NCBI GenBank assembly: GCA_050259595.1
Contig: JBLNAX010000037.1
Location: 11,315-75,314 of the forward strand
Reading direction: 5' to 3'
DNA from: Acidobacteriota bacterium
GTDB lineage: Bacteria > Bacillota > Syntrophomonadia > Syntrophomonadales > DTU052
DNA: 64,000 nucleotides
Shown piece by piece: positions 45,135-53,559 of the stretch. The notes beneath the pieces are model-generated. The model made no database searches. It was given only the letters and a program-made list of their open reading frames with translations, and had not been told where the DNA came from. Made by a program: the position numbers and the translations under genes. Numbering within the stretch: the stretch's first letter is position 1; every line of letters begins with the position of its first letter.

Positions 45135-45938
45135 TTGAGCTATTTCAAAAAGCGGTGTTATGAAATCCTGATTTTGGATCTGCCCGGCGATGTTGTAGGC
45201 AAGATTATTGACGGCTCACTGTTGGTTTTGATCATTCTCAATGTTTTGGCTGTTATGGTCGGTACGGTAGAAGAGATCACGGTCTCGTACGGGCGGGCGT
45301 TATACATATTCGAGATATTTTCGGTGGTTATATTCACAATAGAGTACCTGCTGCGAATATGGTGCTGTACTCTAGATGAGAGGTTTTCAGGTCCTCTCAC
45401 TGGACGTATTCGCTTCTTTTTTCAGGCAATGACTCTGATCGATTTGGCAGCGATACTCCCTTTCTACCTACCAATGCTGGTAACGCTCGATACCCGGTTC
45501 TTACGCGCTTTGCGGCTTTTCCGGCTCTTCAGAGTCTTGAAAGTCGGTCGTTATTCCAACTCAGTTCGTTTGTTAGGGCTCGTGCTGAGTAAAAAACGCG
45601 AAGAATTGGTGGTCTCATTTTCGGCGGTGATGGTCATCTTGATCATCATCTCCAGTGTAATGTTTTTCTTGGAGCACGATTCCCAGCCTGATAAATTCTC
45701 CAGTATACCGGCTACGATGTGGTGGGGAGTGGCCTGCTTGACTACGGTCGGCTATGGTGATGTTTTTCCGGTAACGGTTATGGGCAGGATCTTAGGGGCA
45801 TTGGCAGCAGTGGTGGGCTTAGCCCTCTTTGCCTTGCCGACTGGAATAATTGCCGCGGCTTTCTACGAGGAACTAGAGAGTCACAAGAACCAAAGTCAGG
45901 GAACTTGTCCACATTGTGGCAAGGAAATCCAATTATAA
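45135..45938 (+). CDS. Six-TM voltage-gated-type K+ channel (Kv/KvAP-like)
   Basis: S4-like RFLRALRLFRLFRVLKVGR with Arg every third residue, the TVGYGD selectivity filter and a C-terminal CPHCG. Confidence 0.85.
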   Translation: MSYFKKRCYEILILDLPGDVVGKIIDGSLLVLIILNVLAVMVGTVEEITVSYGRALYIFEIFSVVIFTIEYLLRIWCCTLDERFSGPLTGRIRFFFQAMTLIDLAAILPFYLPMLVTLDTRFLRALRLFRLFRVLKVGRYSNSVRLLGLVLSKKREELVVSFSAVMVILIIISSVMFFLEHDSQPDKFSSIPATMWWGVACLTTVGYGDVFPVTVMGRILGALAAVVGLALFALPTGIIAAAFYEELESHKNQSQGTCPHCGKEIQL

Positions 45939-46006
45939 TTGATGAAATGATCGGTTAAGTAAGTTTTTATATCTAAGGTACATTCATAATCTCATAATTT
46001 GCCTAT

Positions 46007-46040
46007 GAAAAGCTCATTCTAAGTAATGAGCTTTTTTTTC
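46007..46040 (+). terminator. Terminator, family copy C
   Basis: GAAAAGCTCATT-CTAAGT-AATGAGCTTTTTTTTC. Confidence 0.8.
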
Positions 46041-46111
46041 GGGTAAAAGACAAGAACCAAGCATAAGCAAACACGAGAAATGACCCCTTGTTTGCGCGAA
46101 GGAGTGATTTG

Positions 46112-48565
46112 TTGAAAGCCGTAGTAATGGCTGGCGGAGAAGGAACCCGCCTGCGCCCATTAACCTGCAACCTGCCCAAGCCTATGGTTCCAGTCTTGAG
46201 CAAACCGGTCATGGAATACAGCATCCATTTGCTCAAAAAGTACGGTATAACAGATATTGCTGCGACGTTGCAGTATTTGCCCAACGTGATCAGTGGGTAT
46301 TTCGGAAATGGTGAGGAATGGAACGTAAACATGCGTTATTTCCTAGAGGAATCTCCGCTGGGTACGGCTGGCAGCGTTAAAAATGCCGGAGAATTCCTGG
46401 ATGAAACCTTTATAGTCATCAGTGGTGATGCATTGACTGATTTTCCGTTGGATCAGGCTATTGAGTTTCACCGTTCGAAAAAGGCGCTGGCTACACTAGT
46501 CCTGACAAGGGTCGAATCACCACTCGAATACGGTTTGGTTTTGACTGATAAAGAAGGCCAGATCAATCGTTTTCTGGAAAAGCCATCATGGGGTGAAGTG
46601 TTTAGTGATACTGTAAACACAGGGATATACATTTTGGAACCTGAAGCTCTGGAGGATGTGCCCAAGGACCGGCCTTTTGATTTTTCGAGGGACTTGTTTC
46701 CCAAGTTTCTGGCCCGCAAAGACCCCATGTTTGCCGTTGTTTTGGACGGGTATTGGTGTGATATCGGAAACTGCCAACAGTATAGGCAGGTACACATAGA
46801 CATATTGAACAACATGGTGAAGATTCCGATCCAAGGAGAAAGACGGGGCAGCATTATTCGTGGCCATGGCAGCCAGATCTCACCACGGGCACGGGTGGAA
46901 GGGCCTGTTTACATCGGCCCTAATTGTGATGTTGAACCGGGTGCTCACTTGCTGGCTTACACAGTGCTGGCAGGTAATTCAATAGTTGGTCCTGGTACTT
47001 CGCTAAAAAGGTCTATAGTCTGGGGCGGAACTTGTATCGGGCGCAATTCTGAAATCAGAGGAGCTATCCTAGGGAAGGGCGTGCGAGTTCATGACCGCTG
47101 CTCAGTTTTTGAGGGAGCTGTATTGGGCGACAATAGTGTGCTGGAGGATGATGTTGTTGTTCAGCCCGAGATCAAGGTCTGGCCTTATAAGGTAGTCGAG
47201 TCAAAACGTGTGGTAACGGAAAGCCTGGTGTGGTCGGATAGACTGCCGCGCAGTATTTTTACCCAGCAGGGCATATCCGGTGATTATCATTCTCAACTCC
47301 CCCCTGAAAAGATGGCGAAATTGGGGCGTACAATGGGGACTCATCTGCATTTAGGGGCAAAGGTAGTGATTGGCTGTGATGGTTCTGCAGTCTCATTGGC
47401 TGCTAAAGAGGCACTGTTAGCAGGCTTAATATCCACCGGACTGCAGGTATACGAAGCGGGGCAGGTCCTGCTGCCCATCCTGCGTTTTGCGGTGCGGGAA
47501 ACAGAGTCGGCAATGGGGTTTCACTTGGCATTGGCTGGTACACAATTTCAAAATGTTAGTTTACGCATTGTTGGTCAGCAAGGTCTTGACCTGCTGAAAA
47601 CAGATGAACGCAAAATAGAAAATGCTTTCTACAGAGGCGAATACCGGGCGGTGAATATTGATAAAATGCACATGCCGGAGCGAATTGCTGACCTGGACTC
47701 TGCCTATATCAGTGATATCTTGGAGGACATTGATCAGTTGGCCATCAATACCCGACGTTTTCGCATTGTTCTAGGGGCGGAGCTGCCGGGGATCTCAAAT
47801 ATCGCTGCGCGGATTTTGGATCGTCTGGGATGTGACATAGTTCGGGTAGATGGTTTTGAAGTTTCTGTTAACGGCATCTATGACCGTGAAGAGGTATTGA
47901 ACAATGTTTCGCAGACCACAGTGAGGCATGGCGCGGAAATAGGAGTTTTTCTGGAGGATGGTGGCCAGAAAGTGGTATTCACCGCGTCGGATGGCACGGT
48001 CATTGAGGATGAGAAATTCACTGCATTGATTTCTGGAACCCTTGGAACCTGTTTTGGCAAAGTGTTCCTGCCTGTCTATGTGCCAGTTTCTATCGAAGAT
48101 TATCTTCGCCGTCAGGGCCGAAAAGTGGTGCGAACAAGAGCCTTTTTCGGTGAGTTTATGCAGGAAATGATCAGGGAAGGAGAAGCTGAGCAGCTGCGCC
48201 TCTATGCTGACGGTTTGTTCGCTACTCTGAAACTACTTGAATTTATGGCCCGGCATGACTATAGTTTTGTAGATCTATTGGAAAACATGCCTTCCTTTAA
48301 CTATATCAAAAGGGAGGTGCCTGTATCATGGGAGGACAAAGGACGGGTAATACGGCGCTTAGCCGAGGAGAATGTTCAATATGGGAGTGAACAGTCGTTA
48401 GGGGGGATCCGCATGAATCATGACAACGGTATCGGACTAATTCTTCCTGATGAAGACCGTCCCGTGTGTCGTATCTATGCTGAAGCGTTTTCAATGGAAA
48501 TGGCTGAATCACTGGCCGATTTCTATCACCAAAAAATCGAGAATATTTGCCAGGAACTGAGCTAG
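46112..48565 (+). CDS. Sugar-1-phosphate nucleotidyltransferase + left-handed beta-helix + degenerate PGM/PMM-like domain
   Basis: N-terminal MAGGEGTRLRPLT...PKPM signature, then hexapeptide-repeat region. The C-terminal four-domain PGM/PMM-like region has all catalytic loops altered. The TTG at 46112 follows AAGGAG. Confidence 0.85.
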   Translation: MKAVVMAGGEGTRLRPLTCNLPKPMVPVLSKPVMEYSIHLLKKYGITDIAATLQYLPNVISGYFGNGEEWNVNMRYFLEESPLGTAGSVKNAGEFLDETFIVISGDALTDFPLDQAIEFHRSKKALATLVLTRVESPLEYGLVLTDKEGQINRFLEKPSWGEVFSDTVNTGIYILEPEALEDVPKDRPFDFSRDLFPKFLARKDPMFAVVLDGYWCDIGNCQQYRQVHIDILNNMVKIPIQGERRGSIIRGHGSQISPRARVEGPVYIGPNCDVEPGAHLLAYTVLAGNSIVGPGTSLKRSIVWGGTCIGRNSEIRGAILGKGVRVHDRCSVFEGAVLGDNSVLEDDVVVQPEIKVWPYKVVESKRVVTESLVWSDRLPRSIFTQQGISGDYHSQLPPEKMAKLGRTMGTHLHLGAKVVIGCDGSAVSLAAKEALLAGLISTGLQVYEAGQVLLPILRFAVRETESAMGFHLALAGTQFQNVSLRIVGQQGLDLLKTDERKIENAFYRGEYRAVNIDKMHMPERIADLDSAYISDILEDIDQLAINTRRFRIVLGAELPGISNIAARILDRLGCDIVRVDGFEVSVNGIYDREEVLNNVSQTTVRHGAEIGVFLEDGGQKVVFTASDGTVIEDEKFTALISGTLGTCFGKVFLPVYVPVSIEDYLRRQGRKVVRTRAFFGEFMQEMIREGEAEQLRLYADGLFATLKLLEFMARHDYSFVDLLENMPSFNYIKREVPVSWEDKGRVIRRLAEENVQYGSEQSLGGIRMNHDNGIGLILPDEDRPVCRIYAEAFSMEMAESLADFYHQKIENICQELS

Positions 48566-48639
48566 TTTAACGGGCATAGTTTTATACATTTTACCCAAGC
48601 TAAATAGGGATTAAAGTAAGATTGGAGGTAGAAAATAAA

Positions 48640-49650
48640 ATGCCGGAACTACGGCAGGATCCATTGAGTCATCGATGGGTAGTAATATCGATGGAACGGG
48701 CTAAACGGCCCCATGATTTTAAGCCTAAAAGTCTGGAAAGTCATTCAGGCAACTGTGTTTTCTGTGAAGGAAACGAAGAAAAAACGCCCCCGGAAATATA
48801 TTCCTTCCGTGATTCAGGAAGTGGTATAAATACCCCGGGCTGGTGGGTCAGGACTGTTCCCAATAAGTTCCCTGCCCTGGCCATTGAAGGCTCAGTGCAT
48901 GAGTCGGTTCATGGCCTAAATAAGGCTATAAACGGGGTGGGTGCTCATGAGGTCATAATTGAAAGTCCTGAACACCGGATAGCATTTTTCAAACATCCTA
49001 TCCAGCAGGTTGAAGAGGTAATTAGGATGTGGCGGGATCGTCATCTGGACCTGCGTAAAGATCATCGCTTGAAATATGTTTTGGTATTCAAAAATGAAGG
49101 TCCGGAGGCTGGTGCTTCCTTAGAACACAGCCACAGCCAGCTAATGGCTTTGCCCATGGTGCCTAAGTCGATCGAGGATGAGATCAATATTGGTTTCCGG
49201 CAGCATGCGCAGGCTACCGGTCGCTGCATTTGCTGTGACATGGTGGGGCAGGAAGTAACCGATGGCAGTCGTGTAGCCATGGAAACCGAAAAGTTTGTCG
49301 CCTTTTGCCCTTTTGCTTCGCGCTTTCCCTTTGAAACCTGGATCGTTCCGAAACAGCATGAATCAGATTTTGGTTTGATCAAAGATGACGATGTGGGCGA
49401 GCTGGCCTGGATATTGCGCGAGTCATTGTGCCGGCTGTCCGATGTACTGGGAAATCCACCTTACAATATGCTTCTCCACTCAACTCCGGTCAATGTGGAT
49501 ATCGGTGTATCATACCACTGGCATATCGAAATATTGCCTAGATTGACAACTGCTGCTGGTTTTGAGTATGGAACAGAATACTATATCAATCCGACTCCGC
49601 CGGAAATTGCAGCCGAGTCCTTGCGGGCTGGCTCATGTCATGCACACTAA
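48640..49650 (+). CDS. GalT-family (HIT branch III) nucleotidyltransferase/phosphorylase
   Basis: R.DPL..RWV.IS..R..RP, the CVFCEGNE zinc motif and the HSHSQ (HxHxQ) active site. The ATG at 48640 follows GGAGG. Confidence 0.85.
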   Translation: MPELRQDPLSHRWVVISMERAKRPHDFKPKSLESHSGNCVFCEGNEEKTPPEIYSFRDSGSGINTPGWWVRTVPNKFPALAIEGSVHESVHGLNKAINGVGAHEVIIESPEHRIAFFKHPIQQVEEVIRMWRDRHLDLRKDHRLKYVLVFKNEGPEAGASLEHSHSQLMALPMVPKSIEDEINIGFRQHAQATGRCICCDMVGQEVTDGSRVAMETEKFVAFCPFASRFPFETWIVPKQHESDFGLIKDDDVGELAWILRESLCRLSDVLGNPPYNMLLHSTPVNVDIGVSYHWHIEILPRLTTAAGFEYGTEYYINPTPPEIAAESLRAGSCHAH

Positions 49651-49667
49651 GTGAAAGGAGTGAGGCA

Positions 49668-51122
49668 ATGAGAATCTTGATAGCATCCTCCGAAGTTGCC
49701 CCCTTTGCTAAAACCGGAGGTCTGGCCGATGTTGCAGGCTCGCTGCCCAAGGCATTAAAGAAGCTAGGCCATGACGTCAGAGTGGTCATGCCCTGTTACA
49801 AACAGATAAATGCAGGAAGATACCTGACTGATCTGCCGGTGCCGATGGATGGACACCTTGAAACAGCTATTGTCAGGCAGACCGAGCTAAAGATGGAACA
49901 AGAAGAAGTGCCGGTTTATCTAATTGACAACTACAAATATTTCTACCGTGACAAGATGTATGGTTTTATTGATGAAGCTGACCGATTTAATTTCTTCACC
50001 AAGTCGGTTCTGGCCATGCTGCCGTATTTAGGATTTCAGCCGGATGTCATCCATTGCAATGACTGGCATACCGCACTGCTGCCGTTATTTCTTAAAGTCA
50101 AATTCATGGAGGAACCGTTTTATCAAAAGATCGGTACTGTCTTTACTGTTCACAACCTACAGTACCAGGGCCGTTTTCCCAAGACCATTTTAAAGAACCT
50201 AGGATTAGATGACTACTTCTTTACCCCCGAAGAATTAGAGTTTTTCGGCGAAGTAAACTTCATGAAAGCAGGACTGCTTTATTCTGACGTTCTGAATACT
50301 GTCAGCCAGAAATATGCTATGGAGATCCAGACCACTGAATTAGGTGAAGGCTTGGATGGTTTGCTTAGAAAGCGTTCTATGGACCTTTTTGGAATCTTGA
50401 ACGGCCTCGATTACGATGAAATCGATCCGGCTTCGGATAACAAGATTTATGTTCAATATGACATTCATTCACTGGAAAAAAAGAAGGAAAATAAGTATCA
50501 ACTGCAAAAAGAACTAGGTCTGGCAATGGGTGACGTGCCAATGGTGGGGTTGATTACCCGTTTAGTTTCCCAGAAAGGTCTAGACCTAATCTCGGCGGTT
50601 ATCGATGATATCATGCGCATGGGCATCCAGCTGGTTTTGTTGGGAACCGGTGAGGATTATTACGAAAAACTCTTTGCTGACGTCAAAATGCGTTTTCCGA
50701 ATCATACCTCCATAAATCTGGGGTTTGATCCTGTTTTGGCTCAGAAGATTTATGCTGGTTCTGACATTTTCCTTATGCCGTCAAGGTTTGAACCTTGTGG
50801 TCTCGGGCAGCTGATATCACTTCGTTACGGGACCATACCGGTAGTCCGCAAAACCGGCGGATTGTGGGACACAATCAAAAATTACGATAAAGATACCGGA
50901 TATGGCAATGGATTTACCTTTGAAGATTATAAACCTGAAAAACTCTTGGATGCGTTAAGCCGCGCAGTACGGCTCTATCAGGAAAATCAGGAGGCCTGGG
51001 GCAAGCTTATGCACATGGCCATGAGCATGGACTTTTCCTGGAACCGTTCGGCCATCAAGTATTTGGAACTCTACGAAAAAGCGGTAAAAAAACGAAAGAA
51101 CAAAATCAACCGGGCTGTCTAA
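49668..51122 (+). CDS. glgA: Glycogen/starch synthase (GT5)
   Basis: MRILIASSEVAPFAKTGGLADV N-terminus, followed by the PSRFEPCGL and GGL.DT motifs. Confidence 0.95.
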   Translation: MRILIASSEVAPFAKTGGLADVAGSLPKALKKLGHDVRVVMPCYKQINAGRYLTDLPVPMDGHLETAIVRQTELKMEQEEVPVYLIDNYKYFYRDKMYGFIDEADRFNFFTKSVLAMLPYLGFQPDVIHCNDWHTALLPLFLKVKFMEEPFYQKIGTVFTVHNLQYQGRFPKTILKNLGLDDYFFTPEELEFFGEVNFMKAGLLYSDVLNTVSQKYAMEIQTTELGEGLDGLLRKRSMDLFGILNGLDYDEIDPASDNKIYVQYDIHSLEKKKENKYQLQKELGLAMGDVPMVGLITRLVSQKGLDLISAVIDDIMRMGIQLVLLGTGEDYYEKLFADVKMRFPNHTSINLGFDPVLAQKIYAGSDIFLMPSRFEPCGLGQLISLRYGTIPVVRKTGGLWDTIKNYDKDTGYGNGFTFEDYKPEKLLDALSRAVRLYQENQEAWGKLMHMAMSMDFSWNRSAIKYLELYEKAVKKRKNKINRAV

Positions 51123-51220
51123 AAACGAGTCCAGCCGGGACAAAAAGTGGTTTCAAAATGACCGGAGCTTGTGGTAATATATGATAACCGGGGAAACACC
51201 GAAGATTGAGGGGGGAGGCA

Positions 51221-51610
51221 ATGAAGGTCAAGGAAGCCATGCATGCTCCTGTAATTACGGTTACACCGCACAACTCGCTACAGGAAACTCTAGAGATCAT
51301 GAGAGACAACAATTTGCGCAGGCTGCCGGTTTTAGAGGGTGAAGAGCTCGTAGGCATCATCGTCCAACACGATATCGAAAAAGCGTTGCGTCGTCCAGGA
51401 ACGATCTATGAGTCACCGGTGGATTGGGTGATGACGAAGAAACCGGTTTATTCAATCGAGCCTGAGGCAAGTATTGTTGAAGCGGCACGCATGATGAAAG
51501 ATTTGAAAATAAGTGCGATACCAGTCGTAGAAGCAGAAAAACTAGTAGGAATAATATCCGACACAGATATCTTGGAAATCTTCATAGATGTTATGCAACG
51601 GGATAATTAA
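51221..51610 (+). CDS. CBS-pair domain protein
   Basis: Two CBS repeats (RRLPV......GIIV..DI and ISAIPVV......GIIS.TDI). The ATG at 51221 follows GGGGGAGG. Confidence 0.8.
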   Translation: MKVKEAMHAPVITVTPHNSLQETLEIMRDNNLRRLPVLEGEELVGIIVQHDIEKALRRPGTIYESPVDWVMTKKPVYSIEPEASIVEAARMMKDLKISAIPVVEAEKLVGIISDTDILEIFIDVMQRDN

Positions 51611-51632
51611 ATATCCCGTTTGTTCTTTTTTT
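51598..51632 (+). terminator. Rho-independent terminator of the glgA/CBS unit
   Basis: ACGGGATA-ATTAAA-TATCCCGT (the stop codon is in the loop) followed by TTGTTCTTTTTTT. Confidence 0.8.
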
Positions 51633-51649
51633 GGGATCATTCTCAAGAA

Positions 51650-51900
51650 ATACTAGAAGGCCCGCAAGGGGGAATCACAATCAAGACCGGAAGAACCGGA
51701 AATGACCGAGCTCTAAAAGAGCCTAAAGACAAACCTTGCGAGCCTAGTGGAAGCCAGAAGCAGCAGACTCCTGAAAAGGAGAATTCAGGACGTTACTCGC
51801 TCCGTAAAGGAGGAAACCTGAACTATTTGAGTCCGAGGACTCAAGCCGCTTGCTGGCTTCTAATAGTATTATGTCCAGGGACTCAGAAGCTATACTGTTG
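51650..51900. ncRNA. Candidate structured non-coding RNA of unknown class
   Basis: Two long-range helices (51658-51669/51734-51745 and 51750-51764/51845-51860) each enclose perfect local hairpins. There is no coding potential. The strand is unresolved, although the mismatches favour the minus strand. Confidence 0.4.
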
Positions 51901-51924
51901 ATTTAATGGATAATCGTGGAAAGT

Positions 51925-52437
51925 TTATTGTTCGTTGTTCAGGTTATATTTACTGATAATAAAAGCAGCGATCAAGCCACCTATGAGGGCGGTAGCCAAC
52001 TGAAGGGGTCCAAAGCTCAGGGCGATGGCTTTTGCTGCCTTAGCTGGGAGACTGGTAATTCTGGATGCTAATATAAAATTAATAGAGCTGTAAAAAACTA
52101 GAAACTTAAAAACTGCCGCCAATATAACTGCAATATAATTGTTGAATCTTCTAGCATAATAAAAGACTATTATGAGTATTATATTGGCTACAATAATAAC
52201 TGGAATCAAAAATGGGAAACCCATTACCCCTAAGACAAACGCTAGTATTGGGGTGAACAAGCCTATAGTAATGCCGGAAGTAATTCCGACATAGGCTACT
52301 GCGATTATAAGGAGGGCGTTTACGACCGAACCGGTGAGGATCTGGCCGAATGGAGGAGGAAGCTTAACATACTGAAAAATCAACGCTATAGCTAGTAATA
52401 CCGCTGTGCGAGTCACATACCTTAATGAAGGATTCAT
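51925..52437 (-). CDS. ECF-transporter S-component-like small membrane protein (substrate unknown)
   Basis: About 170 aa with 5-6 TM helices and an N-terminal R.....A.L.A.A pattern. The ATG at 52437 follows GGAGAG. Confidence 0.6.
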   Translation of the reverse strand: MNPSLRYVTRTAVLLAIALIFQYVKLPPPFGQILTGSVVNALLIIAVAYVGITSGITIGLFTPILAFVLGVMGFPFLIPVIIVANIILIIVFYYARRFNNYIAVILAAVFKFLVFYSSINFILASRITSLPAKAAKAIALSFGPLQLATALIGGLIAAFIISKYNLNNEQ

Positions 52438-52576
52438 TTTAGTCACTCTCCGTTTCTAATGCTTTAGCCCATTATAAGATATATTAGATGGTTCGTCAGC
52501 AATCAGGAATTCATAAGAGGAAAAGCCGTGATGAAGGCGAACTCTAGATAAAGTTCAAAACCGAGGAGGTTGGAGA

Positions 52577-53047
52577 GTGTTAGTCTATGATGTTCCGGGA
52601 AAGGGAGCGTTCTCTCTAGAAAATCTTGTTCTCGATCTAAACGGTACCATTGCTTTGGATGGAGTCCTTCTGCCAGGTGTGAAGCAGCGAATTGAAAGAC
52701 TTCGGGATAAGTTGAGGATATTTTTAGTCACCTCGGACACTTTTGGTACCGGTGCTGGTATAGCCGATGATTTGGGCATACAGCTAACAGTGGTCGATCA
52801 GTATCGCGGGGGCGATGATAAACTGCGGTTTGTTAGAGAGCTAGGCGGTAGGATCACAGCCGCCATTGGTAATGGGACCAATGATGGACCAATGTTTTCT
52901 GAAGCCGAACTTTCTATAGCTATATTGGGAAGCGAGGGCTGTGCAGTTAAAAGTATGATGCAGGCAGATATATTGGTCAAAGATATTTGTGATGCCCTTG
53001 ATTTGCTGCTCATCGAAAAAAGGCTGGTCGCATCGCTCAGACCATAA
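52577..53047 (+). CDS. HAD-superfamily 'soluble P-type ATPase'-like protein
   Basis: DLNGT (DxxGT) motif I, VTSD and GNGTNDGPM (P-type ATPase hinge-like GDGxND) in only 156 aa. Confidence 0.7.
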   Translation: MLVYDVPGKGAFSLENLVLDLNGTIALDGVLLPGVKQRIERLRDKLRIFLVTSDTFGTGAGIADDLGIQLTVVDQYRGGDDKLRFVRELGGRITAAIGNGTNDGPMFSEAELSIAILGSEGCAVKSMMQADILVKDICDALDLLLIEKRLVASLRP

Positions 53048-53082
53048 GATTCTGATTATCGGTAATTTATGAACGGAGGGAT

Positions 53083-53445
53083 TTGGTGAATACCAGCAAT
53101 ACCAGATGGACGATCAGAAATATTTATCTCTATTTAGTGTGTTTTGTTAGTATCATTCTTTTGATTGTCTCTCTATCCGATTTGTCTTCGAATATTGTGG
53201 GGATCTTATATCCATCGCCAATGATGATCCAACCGCCAGAGGCATATGACCCTGGGAATAAAATGACTGTGGCTGAACGCCAAAAGGTCCAGGCTATTCA
53301 GGAAAAAGCAGCTCGTGATTCGCAAACTTACAACTATGTCAGGGAGTCTATCCAGGAAGGTGTCATGATCCTACTGGTTATACCGCTGTATATTTTTCAC
53401 TGGCGCAAGATCCAAATGGAAAGCGCACGGGAGGAAAACAGCTAA
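53083..53445 (+). CDS. Small two-TM membrane protein
   Basis: 120-aa ORF with terminal hydrophobic helices and an RBS upstream. Confidence 0.5.
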   Translation: MVNTSNTRWTIRNIYLYLVCFVSIILLIVSLSDLSSNIVGILYPSPMMIQPPEAYDPGNKMTVAERQKVQAIQEKAARDSQTYNYVRESIQEGVMILLVIPLYIFHWRKIQMESAREENS

Positions 53446-53480
53446 GAGTTTCATGCAATAAGCATAAACTACTGTGCATT

Positions 53481-53526
53481 AAAACCCGTGAATGGCTGAT
53501 GAGCAACAGCCATTCACGGGTTTTTA
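53481..53526. terminator. Bidirectional terminator between convergent genes
   Basis: 18-bp perfect stem AAAACCCGTGAATGGCTG / CAGCCATTCACGGGTTTT. Confidence 0.85.
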
Positions 53527-53559
53527 TAAATATTGCAGATATTCGCTTTTATCATTTGA

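Noticed and set aside
51620-51901. 93-aa + strand ORF in the convergent intergenic spacer
   Set aside because: It begins inside the U-tract of the CBS-gene terminator, has no RBS, and gives a low-complexity Lys/Gly/Pro/Gln product. The region is better explained by RNA secondary structure.
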